DNA of 34,957 nt from contig CAJNYD010000464.1 in NCBI GenBank assembly GCA_905331295.1, forward strand, positions 62,001-96,957, given 5' to 3'. Shown in pieces: positions 34,773 to 34,957 of this stretch. Made by a program: the position numbers and the translations under genes. The notes beneath the pieces were generated by a model that saw nothing but the letters and a program-made list of their open reading frames with translations, was not told the origin of the DNA and did no database searches. How positions within the stretch are numbered: the first letter of the stretch is position 1; each line of letters begins with the position of its first letter. Source of the DNA: Rotaria socialis (taxonomy: Eukaryota).

Positions 34773-34870
34773 CGGTTGGCCGTCATAATGTCGAAAGGAA
34801 AAATGTCGAAAGGAAAAATGTCGAAAGAAAAAAATATCGAAAGGAAAAATGTCGAAAAAATATTTTTGAC
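34773..34870. mobile_element. Left end of a related element (AAAATGTCGAAAGG repeats)
   Basis: CGGTTGGCCGTCATAATGTCGAAAGGAAAAATGTCGAAAGG...; a further degenerate left end lies at ~33442-33550. Confidence 0.6.
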
Positions 34871-34957
34871 ATGAAACATCGTCAGTTAATATTTTAGAGA
34901 ATTGTAAATAATATAGTGCATGTTTTATTGCATAAAATTAAGTTGAAATCTTAACAG

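Noticed and set aside
34472..34879. ORFs with repeated peptides (RYFPF, GKYRK, FSIFS)
   Set aside because: They are translations of the 15-bp subterminal tandem repeats of a transposon, not proteins.

Overview
AT-rich eukaryotic genomic DNA with short (~55-60 nt) spliceosomal introns; the gene content (F-box/LRR, NHL-repeat, WWE-ART, bacterial-type enzymes carrying introns) and TGTGGG motifs point to a bdelloid rotifer (inference). Apparently intact genes: a 5-exon FAF1-type UAS-domain/F-box-like/LRR fusion (-), a WWE + R-S-E ADP-ribosyltransferase (-), an M20 (ArgE/DapE-like) hydrolase with 4 introns including a GC-AG intron (+), an F-box/LRR protein (-), a countin-like saposin protein (-) and a stand-alone HxxxDG acyltransferase/condensation-fold enzyme (+). 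Decayed genes: an RNF217-like RBR E3 ligase, a secreted Cys-rich/NHL protein, a rhodopsin-type GPCR and an FG-GAP relic. Non-autonomous DNA transposons include a hAT with 8-bp TSD, a CCC..GGG element with TA TSD, a Mutator-like element with 8-9-bp TSD and a long-IR foldback. There is a probable assembly chimera at the N (15108). The most unusual signal is about ten short intergenic elements built from telomere-like TGAGGG/TGTGGG repeats, often palindromic and frequently flanking genes.
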